Assembly: GCA_965262925.1 (NCBI GenBank)
Contig: CBDHGC010000004.1
Location: 6,935,339-6,999,338, forward strand
Direction: 5' to 3'
Origin: Vicinamibacterales bacterium
GTDB taxonomy: Bacteria; Acidobacteriota; Vicinamibacteria; Vicinamibacterales; UBA8438
DNA: 64,000 nt
Positions 27,774-37,710 of this stretch are shown here, piece by piece; the stretch's first letter is position 1; every line of letters begins with the position of its first letter. The notes under the pieces are model-generated. The model was not told the origin of the DNA and made no database searches. It saw only the letters and a program-made list of their open reading frames with translations. The translations under genes and the position numbers were made by a program.

Positions 27774-30700
27774 ATGCGCGTGAGACTGCTGCGGGGGGAC
27801 GACGACAACACGGTGCTGCTCGTCTATCCGGCGACGAGGGACGAACACTGCCGGGTGCTGGACACCGTCGGGTGTCCGGGCGGTTCGCAGGGCCGAAGCA
27901 GGCCCGCGGGCGGCGCCTACGTGGTCACCACCGCGGCGCAGCGCGAGCGGTGGGGCCTGGCCGACCTGGCGGCCTCGGGCCGGGTTCGTGTAGTGGACGA
28001 GGCGCAGGCGCTGGGCCTGCTCTGCGACGGTGCTGCCGGGCTCGGGGCGGCGGAGGCACCGCTTGCCGGCGCCGCCGCCGAGGTTCCGCCGCCGGCTGAC
28101 GGCCGGTCCGTCGCTTCGGCGCTCGAGTCCGTGCGCGCGCTGGCCGCCCCCGGCGCGCGCCTCGAGCAGGTGCTCGAGGCCCTGGAGGCCGCCGAGCTGC
28201 CCCGTCCGGCGAGTGAGACGCTGCGGCGCAGCGTCCGGGCGCTCGGGTCCGATGCGGCGGCGGTCGACGAGGCGCTGGACCGGGCGGAGATGGTGCTGGC
28301 CCTGCCGTGGCGAACGCGCGAGCCGGAGCGGTTCGACCCGGCGCATGTGGCGCGGGCGCTCGACCGCACCCACGGCGGCCTCGAGCGGGTCAAGACCCGC
28401 CTCCTGCAGGTGCTGGCGGCGTGCCCGCAGACCCGCGGCCCGCTCACCGTGGAAGGCGTGCGCCGCAACCGGGGAGCGGAGACCGACAGGCCGCCCGCGC
28501 TGGTCGTACGCCCGGGACCAGCCCGGACGCCCACGCCCGTTCCCTGCCTCGCCGGGCCTTCGGGAACGGGCAAGACGTCGCTGGCGGTGGCCGTCGCCGA
28601 GGCGCTCGGCCGCACCCACGTGCGCGTGCCGCTGGGCAAGGGGAATGCCGAGTGCCTGATCCGCGGGGTCGAGAACGGCGTCACCGGGCGCATCGTCGAG
28701 GGTCTGCACGAGGCCGGGGTAGGCAATCCGGTCTTCATTCTCGAAGAGCTCGACCGGGTGGCATCGGACGCCGCCGACGCGCTGCTCGACGTCCTGGACC
28801 CCGCGCGCCGGAGCGCGTTCCGGGACGAGTACCTCCAGGTCCCGTTCGATCTGTCCGCGGCGCTGTGGGTCGTGACGGCGACCGATGCCGGCGGGATACC
28901 GGAGCCGGTACGCACGCGGCTCGAGGTGATCGAGCTGCCGGCGTACAGCGAGCAGGAGAAGCTCGCCATCGCGCAGCGGTACCTGCTGACCCGCCCGTTC
29001 GGCCAGTCCCAGGACACGCCGCCGCTGGCGCTCGATCCGGCGGCGCCGGCCCGCGCGGTGGCATCCGACACCGCCCGGGCCGGACCGGCCGTGGTGGTGG
29101 ACCGGGAGGTCTCGTCGGTGCGGGAGCTGGAGGCATTGTGGGCGGCGCCGCCGCCGCAGGGCGCCGTCGAGCCGTGGCGGACGGCGGCGTGCATGGGCGA
29201 TGTCCGCTTCGAGGCGGAGGCGATCCGCCGGGTGATTCAGAGCCACACGAATGAAGCGGGCGTGGCGGACCTGCAGGCGAAGCTGGCCGCAATCTGCCGG
29301 CAGGTAGCGCGGCGCCGCCGGCCGGGGGGCCTGGGACCGGAGGTGGTCACACCGGCCACGGTGCGCGAGCTGCTCGGCGAGGGCGAGGCGCTGCCGTCGG
29401 CGGTACGGGAGACGATCGCGCGCGAGCGCCGGCGCCTGTCGGAGTCGTCCGACGCCGAGGCCGCGAAGACGAACGACTGGATCGAGTGGCTGGAACATCT
29501 GCCGTGGACCCGGCGCAGCGCCGCACCGATCGATCTGGCGCGCACCCGCGCGGCGCTCGACGCCGGGCACGCGGGCCTCGACCATGCCAAGGCGTGCGTC
29601 ATCGAGTACCTGGCCGTGCGGAGGCGGAACCCGCACGGGGCCGTACTCTGCTTCGCCGGGGCGCCCGGGGTCGGCAAGACGTCGCTGGCGTACGGCATCG
29701 CCGAGGCGCTCGGGCGCGGGTTCGTGAAGCTGTCCTGCGGGGGGCTGCGGGACGAGACGGACCTGCGGGGGCACAACCGCACCTGGAAGGACGCGCAGCC
29801 CGGCTGGATTCTGCGCGAGATGCGGCGGGTAGGCAGCAAGGACCCGGTCTTCGTGCTCGACGAGCTCGACAAGCTCGGGCGCGCGCCGGCCGCGGTTCTG
29901 CTCGAGGTGCTCGACCCGGCGCAGCACGCCCGCTTCCGCGACGCGTTCGTCGAGCTGCCCTTCGACCTGTCCGAGGTGCTGTTCATCACGACGGCGAACG
30001 AGCGGCCCGGATTCCACCGGCCCTGCGGGACCGGCTCGAGATCATCGACCTGCCCGGCTATACCGAGACCGAGAAGCTCGCCATCGCCGAGACGCACCTG
30101 ATCGGGGAGCAGAACCGGGCGGCCGGCTTGGCGGACACGCCGGTACGGTTCACCCGCGGCGCCTGCCGGCGGATCATCCGCGACTACACCAGCGAGCGGG
30201 GCATCCGTCAGCTCGCCCGCTGCCTGCAGGCGATCTGCCGCAAGGTGACGCTGGGCCGCGAGACCGGCGACGCCTCGCTCGTCCGTGACCGCATCACGGC
30301 CCGGCAGGTCCGCGCGTTTCTCGGCGAGCCGGGCGCCGACCCCACCGACGGGCTCGAACGTCTCCGTGAACAGCTCGACGCGCCCGCGCTGCCGCCCGCC
30401 GTGCAGGCCCGAGGGCGGCAGGTACTCGAGCGGCTGTCCGCGTGGGCGTCCACCGATCCCGAGCATGCCCGGGCGCGCGAGTATCTGCAATGCCTGGTGA
30501 GCCTGCCGTGGACCAGGCGTACCGCTGCTGTTGTACCGCTCGACCTGGCGCGCGTCAGGGCGATCCTCGATGCGGGTCATGCCGTTCACGGCGCGGTGAA
30601 GGAGCGCCTGCTCGACTACGTCGCCGTGCGCCTGGCGAAGCCGGACGCCCCGTCCCCGTTGCTCTGTCTGGTCGGTCCGCCCGGCGTCGGGAAGACGTCG

Positions 30701-31475
30701 CTGTCGCGGCTTGTCGCCGCGGCGCTCGGGCGGGCGTGCGCGTGGGTGGCCTGCGGGACGCTGGCGGGCGCGTCGGCACTGCACGGCGCCCGGTCAGGTC
30801 AGCCCGGGCGAATCGTCGAGGAGCTGCGGCGCGTCGGCGTCCGCAACCCGGTGTTCGTCCTCGACGAGATCGACTGCCTGGACGAGGCAGGCGGCGCGGC
30901 GGCGGCGCGGCTCGAAGCGCTCGACCCGGCGCCGGGGGCGGCCTTCCGCGACCACTATCTCGACCTGCCCTTCGACCTGTCCGAGGCGCTCTTCGTGGCC
31001 ACCGCCGCCAGTCTCGCTTCGGTGCCGTCGAAGCTGCGGGAACGGATGGCGGTGATCGAGCTGTCCGGGTACACCGAGGCCGAGAAGCGGGTCATCGCGA
31101 CCGGGCACCTGTTGCCGCTGCAACTCGCGTTCCACGGACTGACGGCCGGTCAGGTCCGCATCACCGACGAGGCGGTCGAGGCCGTCATCCGCGGCTATAC
31201 CCGGGAGGCGGGGGTGTGGGACCTGGCGGGGATTCTCGGCGCGTTGTGCGCCAAGGTGGTGCGCCGGCGTGCCGAGGGGCACGGGCACGATGAGCACCAA
31301 GGGAACGAAGAAGAGCATGCAGAAAGCGAAGAAGAACACGGAGAAGAACACGGAGAACACGGAGAACACGATGAGCACCAAGGGAACGAAGCGCCAGTCG
31401 AGGTTACGCCGGAGACCGTCGTGGAGATGCTCGGCGCGCCGGCGCATCCCGATGAGGAGGTCGCCGGTCGTACCG
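27774..31475 (+). pseudogene. Protein with three tandem Lon-type AAA+ modules, one frameshift, no Lon protease domain (3' end replaced)
   Basis: ORF 27774..30101 plus ORF 29486..31762. Each module starts LPW(R/T)(T/R)R and has a P-loop: GPSGTGKTS (~28552), GAPGVGKTS (~29658), GPPGVGKTS (~30671). Walker B motifs are FILEELD, FVLDELDK and FVLDEIDC. LEVLDPAQHARFRD and RDRLEIIDLPGYTETEKLAIA are also present. The frame breaks at ~30005-30012 (TANERPG / IPPALRDRLEII). Confidence 0.7.
31286..31391 (+). repeat. 25-bp perfect direct repeat (CACGATGAGCACCAAGGGAACGAAG at 31286-31310 and 31367-31391) bracketing a His/Glu-rich in-frame insert
   Basis: Read directly. Between the copies are short GAACACGGAGA(A) tandem units. 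It encodes HDEHQGNEEEHAESEEEHGEEHGEHGEHDEHQGNE. Confidence 0.9.
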
Positions 31476-33344
31476 CACGGGACCGTGCGGATCGAGCCCG
31501 ACGGCTACGGCGACGTGCGGGTGAGTCTGCCGGCGAGGGACTGCGACTCGTCGGATGCGGTCTGCACCACCGACGGCAGAGCCGTGTCGAACTCCCCCTC
31601 AGCGACGGTCCAAGGACCGGTCGGAATCAGCATCGACAACGCGGAGGTAGAGGAAGGCGAGAACGCCAGCGCCGAGTTCGTGGTCAGGCTGAGCCGCTCG
31701 AGGGCGAGCGGCGTGACCGTCGACTACGCGACATCCGACGGTACAGCGCAGGCCGGCGTTGACTACAACGAGACCAGCGGGTCCGTGACCATCGCCGGCG
31801 GCTCAACGACGGCGACCGTGAACGTCGAGGTCCTGGACGACGATCACGACGAGGGTTCCGAGACGTTCACCCTGACCTTGTCGAACCCGTCCGCGGGACG
31901 GCTGGTCGACGCCTCGGCAACCGGCACGATCTCCAACCACGACCCGCTGCCCAGGGCGCTGATGGCCAGGTTCGGGCGCACCGCGGCGCAGCACGTGATC
32001 GAGAACGTCGAGGAGCGGATGGCCGCACGCCGGGAGCCGGGCGTCGAAGTCCGGGTCGCCGGCTACGACATGTTCGGCGAGACGCCGGCAGCCAACGGCC
32101 AGCCGAACGCCCTGGGCGTTCTCGGGACTCACGGCCGGGACCCGGACAACCGCGGGCAGGGATTCGATGACCAGGGCCTAGACCCGCTGGCGAGCGCCGC
32201 ATTCCAGATGAATCGAGCGATGGAGCACGGCGGGACGCTGTCGCTCTGGAGCCGCAGCACGCAGTCCAGCTTCGCCGGGCGGGATGGAGCCCTGGCGCTG
32301 AACGGTCAGGTCCAGACACGGCTCTTCGGCGCCGACTACGCGAAGGGCCGGATGGTGATGGGGCTGGCCGTTGCCGACACCCAGGGGCTGGGCTCGTACT
32401 CCAGGACCGCCGGCGGCGACATCGCGTCCGGCGTGACCGGGCTGTATCCGTGGCTGGGCTACCAGGCGACCGAGCGCGTGTCGTTCTGGACGACAGGAGG
32501 GTACGGAGCCGGCTCGCTGAGGCTGACACCTGCTGGCGGCGTGCCGTTGGAGGCCGGGCTGTCGATGGGCATGGCCGCGGCAGGCGCCCGGGGCGAACTC
32601 ATCGGGAGCGGCGGCGAAGGCTTCGGGCTGGCTATCAAGAGCGACGTCCTGTGGGTGACGACGTCGACCGAAGGCGTCGAACAGGCGGGCGGGCGCATGG
32701 CGGCGACAGAGGCGTCCGTATCGCGCATGAGAGCCGGCCTCGAAAGCTCACGAGACACGGTACTCGCAGGAACCGTGCTGACTCCCAGCGTGGAGATCGC
32801 GCTGCGCCACGACGGCGGAGACGCGGAGACCGGATTCGGCATCGACCTGGGGGGAGGTCTCCGATTCACCGATCCCCGCAGCGGCCTGGCCGTGGATCTC
32901 CGGATGCGCCAAGTCGTCATCCACGAAGCCGCGCAATTCCAGGAACGCAGCCTGTCGCTCGCGCTCAGCTACGACCCGACGCCGTCGGCTCTGGGTCTGA
33001 ACGTGCGCGTCACGCCGACCTGGGGACGAGACTCCGGCGGCAACGCCCTGTGGAACGCCCAACCGCTGGGTGGCATGGGCGGAAACCCCGAATCGGGCCA
33101 GGGTCAGCTCGACACCGACGCCGGCTACGGTCTGCCGGTGGGTTCGCGATTCGTGGGAACGCCACGGATCGGCTTCCAGAGATCCGAATACGGGCGCGGG
33201 CTGCGGTTCGGGTACCAGCTCGGGTTCATGGACCCGCAGAAGATGCGGTTCGAGCTCGGCGTTGACGTCGAACGCCGGGAGGATGCGCTCGGGGTCACAG
33301 GACCCTACCACCGGATGCAGGTACGGTCCACCATCGGTTGGTGA
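31476..33344 (+). pseudogene. Calx-beta domain plus autotransporter beta-barrel protein, 5'-truncated (no signal peptide or passenger start)
   Basis: ORF 31269..33344 from GTVRIEPDGYGDVRVSLPA. Calx-beta signature EGENASAEFVVRLSRSRASGVTVDYATSDGTAQAGVDYNETSGSVTIAGGSTTATVNVEVLDDDHDEGSETFTLTLSN. The C-terminal barrel has alternating beta pattern and ends RSTIGW. Confidence 0.7.
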
Positions 33345-34268
33345 CGGTCCGGCAAACAACGAGACTGACAGGCCATGGCTGAGCGACGGAAAGAGTCGAG
33401 TCCGCAACCACGGGTCGATCGCGCACAGCAGCTGGTCGAGCGCAAGTCCCAGCGCTAGAGAAGGGTGCAACAACCGGGGGAAACCAGAGCGCCAGCACGA
33501 TCACGATATGCAGGTGCAGCGTACCGGTGGACGCATGCAAGCTTTCCGAATCGACGGAAGACCCGCAATTCCCAACTGACGCGGGGATGGCAGCTCGAAC
33601 CACTGGGTTCGAGCTGCCCGGCTGAAAAGCAGGAGGGCCCGTCACGCGACCCAACACCGACCCCGCCAGCACACACAGCCGGGCCCTTGACGAACGAGAG
33701 ACCGCCACGGCGCAGGAAGCCGAGCCAGCAGGTGGCACCACCACTCGCGGCAGCAATCGTCACCGCCGACGGATGCGGGACACAGGACAGCCGCACCCCC
33801 GCTACGGCGGCCAGGAACGCGGCGAGACCGGGAGAGACCGAGGCAACGGACAGCCGCCCACCATCCCTCGACACGTACGCCGGCGGGTGCAGGGAGCTAC
33901 GGCGACTGTGCTTCCACACGAATAATGGCCACCGAAACACAGAAACAACGGCCGGCACAGAGACGACAAGACACAGAACAGGTAGCGCCGCAACACGATT
34001 CCTGGCCGAATCCGCGAAGAACACGCCAATGCCGGCCGGTTCAGCGAGGCCGACACGGCCGAGGGTGCGATAATCGGCGATGTCGAATCGGAGCTGCGGC
34101 CCGACCGGGAGTTGGGGCTTGCCGCAATCGGCATCGCTCCTCGGAGAGAGGCTAAGGCGCTGAGTGAAAGAAAGCCACGGCCCCGGCCGGGCACGGGTAA
34201 TCCTGGCGGGAGCCAATCCGAAGGACGAGCCCGGCCGAAACGGTCAGGCATGATACGGTGAGGAGCCG

Positions 34269-34592
34269 ATGAACGACAGAACAGCGATGGTCGTGACGGT
34301 GGTGGGCAGTTCCGTGGGCATGGGGGCGTTACTGCTGACCGTGATGACCCTTCTAATCGGGTCCGTGAACACGCGGATCGACGACCTGCAGGACACCGTG
34401 AACACGCGGATCAGCGACCTGGGGGTCACCATGAACTCCCGGATGGACGACACGAACAGCCGAGTCGACGACCTCAACGACCGGGTTACCGAGCTGAACG
34501 ATCGGATGACCGGCGTCGAGAACGGCATGCGCGAAGTGCGCAACCTGCTCATCGAGGCGCTCAAAGCCGAACCCCCGGCCAACGGAAACTAG
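34269..34592 (+). CDS. Small membrane-anchored coiled-coil protein with 11-residue repeats
   Basis: RBS GGTGAGGAG. TM helix AMVVTVVGSSVGMGALLLTVMTLLIG. Repeats VNTRIDDLQDT / VNTRISDLGVT / MNSRMDDTNSR / VDDLNDRVTEL / NDRMTGVENGM. GC-rich third codon positions. Confidence 0.65.
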   Translation: MNDRTAMVVTVVGSSVGMGALLLTVMTLLIGSVNTRIDDLQDTVNTRISDLGVTMNSRMDDTNSRVDDLNDRVTELNDRMTGVENGMREVRNLLIEALKAEPPANGN

Positions 34593-35049
34593 CCAGCCTC
34601 CCCGGTGCCTCCGGCCGCAAGACAAACAATCCGCAAACGCGGCGAGTGCCGCCACGGTGCCTCTCGAACATCGGCGCGGGCCGACGAACGCCACGGCAGG
34701 GACAGGGCGACGGGCGATAACGGGCCAAGCGAGCTACGGAGCGGCCGGAGGAGTGAGCCGGCCGGCGCGAGGCGGCGCCGCGCGGGATTGTCCAGACCGC
34801 CGGGAGCGCCTCGCGGTTGACTGATCCAACCCGCGCAAGGCCCAGGGACCGCACCGAACCGACACGCCTTCAACCCGACGGCCGGCGCCAACGCCGCGCG
34901 CAACGTACGCGACCACGAGGTCGCCAGAATCGCGGTGCAGATGAACGACGTCCCGGGAAGATGGTCGCCATCTTCCCAGAGGAACCGATGGAAGCCGGCG
35001 GACCGGCCGGCAGGATGGGTGTCGCCGGCACGAGAAGCCGACCGCGCCC

Positions 35050-35612
35050 TAGTGGCGGCCTCGAGCAGGCGCGCGCTTGAGCGGTAGGCCAGCTGCAGGT
35101 CGATCCGTCGTGCGGCGGGGAAGTCACGCTGGAAGCTCATGATGTTCGCGAGATCGGCCCCCCGGCAGCCGTAGATCGCCTGGTCCGGGTCGCCGACCAC
35201 GAAGACGTCGTCGTGTTCCTCGGCGAGCTGGCGCACGAGGACGTACTGCGGGAGGTTCGTGTCCTGGAACTCGTCGACCAGCACGCGCGGGAAGCGGTCG
35301 CCAGCGGCGCGACGCGCGTCGAGGTGCTCATGCAGCGTGCGGACCGTGGCGAGCAGCAGGTCGTCGAAGTCGAGCCCGTTGGCCTCGGCGAGCACGGTCT
35401 GGTAGGAGGCGCAGAGGCGTGCGTTGCGCACGGCGTACTCGTCCCCGTCCCAGTTGTCGGGGGTCGCGGCCACCTGCATGCGGTTCTTGATGACGCTCAT
35501 CCGGTGCAGCAGCGCCTGCGGCTTGTGGACCCGGGTGTCGACGTTGGCGTCGAACATGCACTGGCGCATGACGTTCATCCGTTCTGTCTCGTCGACGATC
35601 CGGAAATCGGCT
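35050..35612 (-). pseudogene. UvrD/Rep-family SF1 helicase, internal fragment only
   Basis: ADFRIVDETERMNVMRQC..., VLVDEFQDTNLPQYVLVRQL (motif II), VFVVGDPDQAIYGCRGA (motif III), LQLAYRSSARLLEAA (motif IV). There is no Walker A region and no C-terminal half. Confidence 0.7.
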
Positions 35613-35619
35613 GACCGGA

Positions 35620-35786
35620 CGGGATCGCGTCACACCCGGAATCGTGCGATCCACCCGAAAGCGCAGCCCGCGTCGATGTAGCCGACTTCGCACCTGCATC
35701 TCAAGGGGTGTATCCCGTTGAGGCGTGTTGTGCATCCGGCGCGAGACCGATGCCGAGATGGAACGGGGCGCTCGATTGACAGGCAT
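35620..35786 (-). pseudogene. vsr: Very-short-patch repair endonuclease, N-terminal fragment
   Basis: SRRMHNTPQRDTPLEMQVRSRLHRRGLRFRVDRTIPGVTRSRP (ORF 35328..35834). The catalytic DxxF...FVDGCFWH part is absent and the sequence abuts the UvrD fragment. Confidence 0.65.
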
Positions 35787-35808
35787 TGCTCCCTCGGCAA
35801 CACCGGGA

Positions 35809-37140
35809 TCACCGGAGGAACGGCGAGACGTCACCGCCGACGGCCGAGAGCGCTGCGCCGTATCCGAGCGCCATCGGCACCGCGTCGCCGATCCACTTGG
35901 CGAGCTTGGCCCTGGAGGGCGGACACCGCGGATCAGTGACGAAGCGGTAGGTGTCCGGGAATCCCTGCAGGCGCGCCGCCTCCCGCGGCGTCAGGGTACG
36001 CCGCTGTGTCGGGTGGACGTACCGGCCACGGCCCGGGGTCATGAAACCGGTGATGATCGTCTGGGCCGGTGTGTCGCGACGCATTCGGCTGTATACCGAC
36101 GGATAACTGGTGCTCTCGCGATGGCACTCCGGGCGTTCCGAACAGGGAAGGTCGTACGCGTTGTTGTCGAACAACCAGTCGATGCGCTGGCGGTTCTCCA
36201 GGCTGAGCTCCGCGGCACGATCCATCGGGTCGTCACCCGACCGCGTCTCGAGATCTCCTATCGCCCACCACACCGACCGCGGCGGTACCTCGGCCAACGC
36301 CTGTAACACTTTGCGGATGGGAATCGGCGCGGCGTCGACTCGAGCGACGAGAAAATGCCGGCGGCGGGTCTGCGGCCAGCCCATCGCGTCCGCGCTCAGA
36401 ATCCCCTCCTCAACCGAGTAGCCAGCCGACTCGAACAGCTGGCGCGCCGTCTGGACCACACCGGAACGATCACTGGTCACCTCCGGAACGTTCTCGACGA
36501 TCGCCATCCGCGCACGCGCGGCGACGGCGAACGCGGGCACCGTCAGGTAGAGGGCGTTCCGAACGTCATCGCGCCGCGTCTGGTTGTTCAAATTGGAGTG
36601 CCCTTGGCACGGCGGTCCGGCCATGACGAGGTCGACGCCGCGAACGGCAACCGCCAGTTTCGGCTCCACGATCTCGGGCTCGTACACGAACGCGGCGTCA
36701 CTACCCCGACGGCGCAGGCGAAAGTCGACCAGCGCGGCCACAGATGCGATCCGGCGGATACGGATATCGTGGTTCGACGCGTAGACGTCGGTCGCTTCCT
36801 CGTCTTCGTCGACGATCAGCTCCGCTCGCACGGGCAGCCCGATCTCGGCGCACAGATTCCGCACTCCAAGCGCGAGGCCGCCGGGGCCGCAGAACAGATC
36901 TAGCGTCCGGAACGGCCGGGCGCGGTGCTCGGCAGGCCGCGGAACCGCCCCGCTTCGCAGTGCCGTCCACCAGGCGCCCTTCGGATCCGCCGTCGGCTCG
37001 GATGCGCCGACGGCAATCGCCGAAGAGATCGTGGTCCCCGCAAGCCGCAGCGTGTGTACCAATCGGGAAGACTCCCTTTGGTACTCATCCGACGTGAGGG
37101 ATTCTCCCTCCGACGACGGGAACAGGGCACCGCAGGTCAC
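35809..37140 (-). CDS. dcm: DNA (cytosine-5) methyltransferase, apparently intact
   Basis: Motif I DLFCGPGG, IV GPPCQGHS, VI ENV, VIII QTRRR, IX/X TPREAARLQGFPD and IGDAVP. GTG start 37140 overlaps the upstream TGA (GTGA). Confidence 0.9.
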   Translation of the reverse strand: MTCGALFPSSEGESLTSDEYQRESSRLVHTLRLAGTTISSAIAVGASEPTADPKGAWWTALRSGAVPRPAEHRARPFRTLDLFCGPGGLALGVRNLCAEIGLPVRAELIVDEDEEATDVYASNHDIRIRRIASVAALVDFRLRRRGSDAAFVYEPEIVEPKLAVAVRGVDLVMAGPPCQGHSNLNNQTRRDDVRNALYLTVPAFAVAARARMAIVENVPEVTSDRSGVVQTARQLFESAGYSVEEGILSADAMGWPQTRRRHFLVARVDAAPIPIRKVLQALAEVPPRSVWWAIGDLETRSGDDPMDRAAELSLENRQRIDWLFDNNAYDLPCSERPECHRESTSYPSVYSRMRRDTPAQTIITGFMTPGRGRYVHPTQRRTLTPREAARLQGFPDTYRFVTDPRCPPSRAKLAKWIGDAVPMALGYGAALSAVGGDVSPFLR

Positions 37141-37563
37141 TCCGAACTCCGCTCGGACAACACCTGGCGCCGGATCTCCTCAAGGAGCGCCTGGGCCTCG
37201 TCGTCGTAGACCGACAACACGACGTTCGACCAAGTGCGGTTCAGGGCCTTGGCGAACTGCCGCAACGGGTCGGTGGGCAGTCGGTGCTGCCGTTGCATGT
37301 CGACGAAAGCTCGAACCAATGAGGGCGCCGTGCCGGTCCTGACACGCACCACGTGACTACGCCAGAAATCGGCAGATCTCGGCAGGACCGAAGCGTACCC
37401 CGCGAAAACCAACCCGCCCACCGCCGCAGCCCGCAGGTACATGCGGGTGAGTACGCATTCGGTGGACGACCTCCCGTCGACGCACTTCAGGTAGTTCCCC
37501 CTCGCGAACGCCCTCGTCTCACGCCACCGGATGAAATCCCAGAAGAGGTCGAGGCTCAGGTAT
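37137..37563 (-). pseudogene. 3' part of a 235-aa gene split by the IS21-like nest (5' part at 48001..48281)
   Basis: Reading 48281->48001 and then 37563->37137 is in frame: ...VLDDPGFW|RYLSLDLFWDFIRWRETRAF...MYLRAAAVGG...EIRRQVLSERSSE*. No family recognised. Confidence 0.8.
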
Positions 37564-37710
37564 CTCCAGAAACCTCAGTGGACGGGTCAAAACCGGCCAT
37601 TTATGGACACCTCAAAACCGGCCATTTCCGGCGGCCCGAGACTGGAGTTGAGATCTACTTCACGGCGTCCTCTGTTGGCAAGGTGTTTGCCGACGCGCTA
37701 GCAGCTAGCT

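Noticed and set aside
27666-30784. Long minus-strand ORFs (783 aa and 515 aa) opposite the Lon-like gene
   Set aside because: They have antisense-shadow composition (R/P/G/A-rich), while the + strand carries unmistakable AAA+ motifs.
33455-34216. 253-aa minus ORF with TM-like stretches
   Set aside because: Its third codon positions are T-rich, unlike the other genes here. It has no start context or motif. The region is kept only as a compositional oddity.
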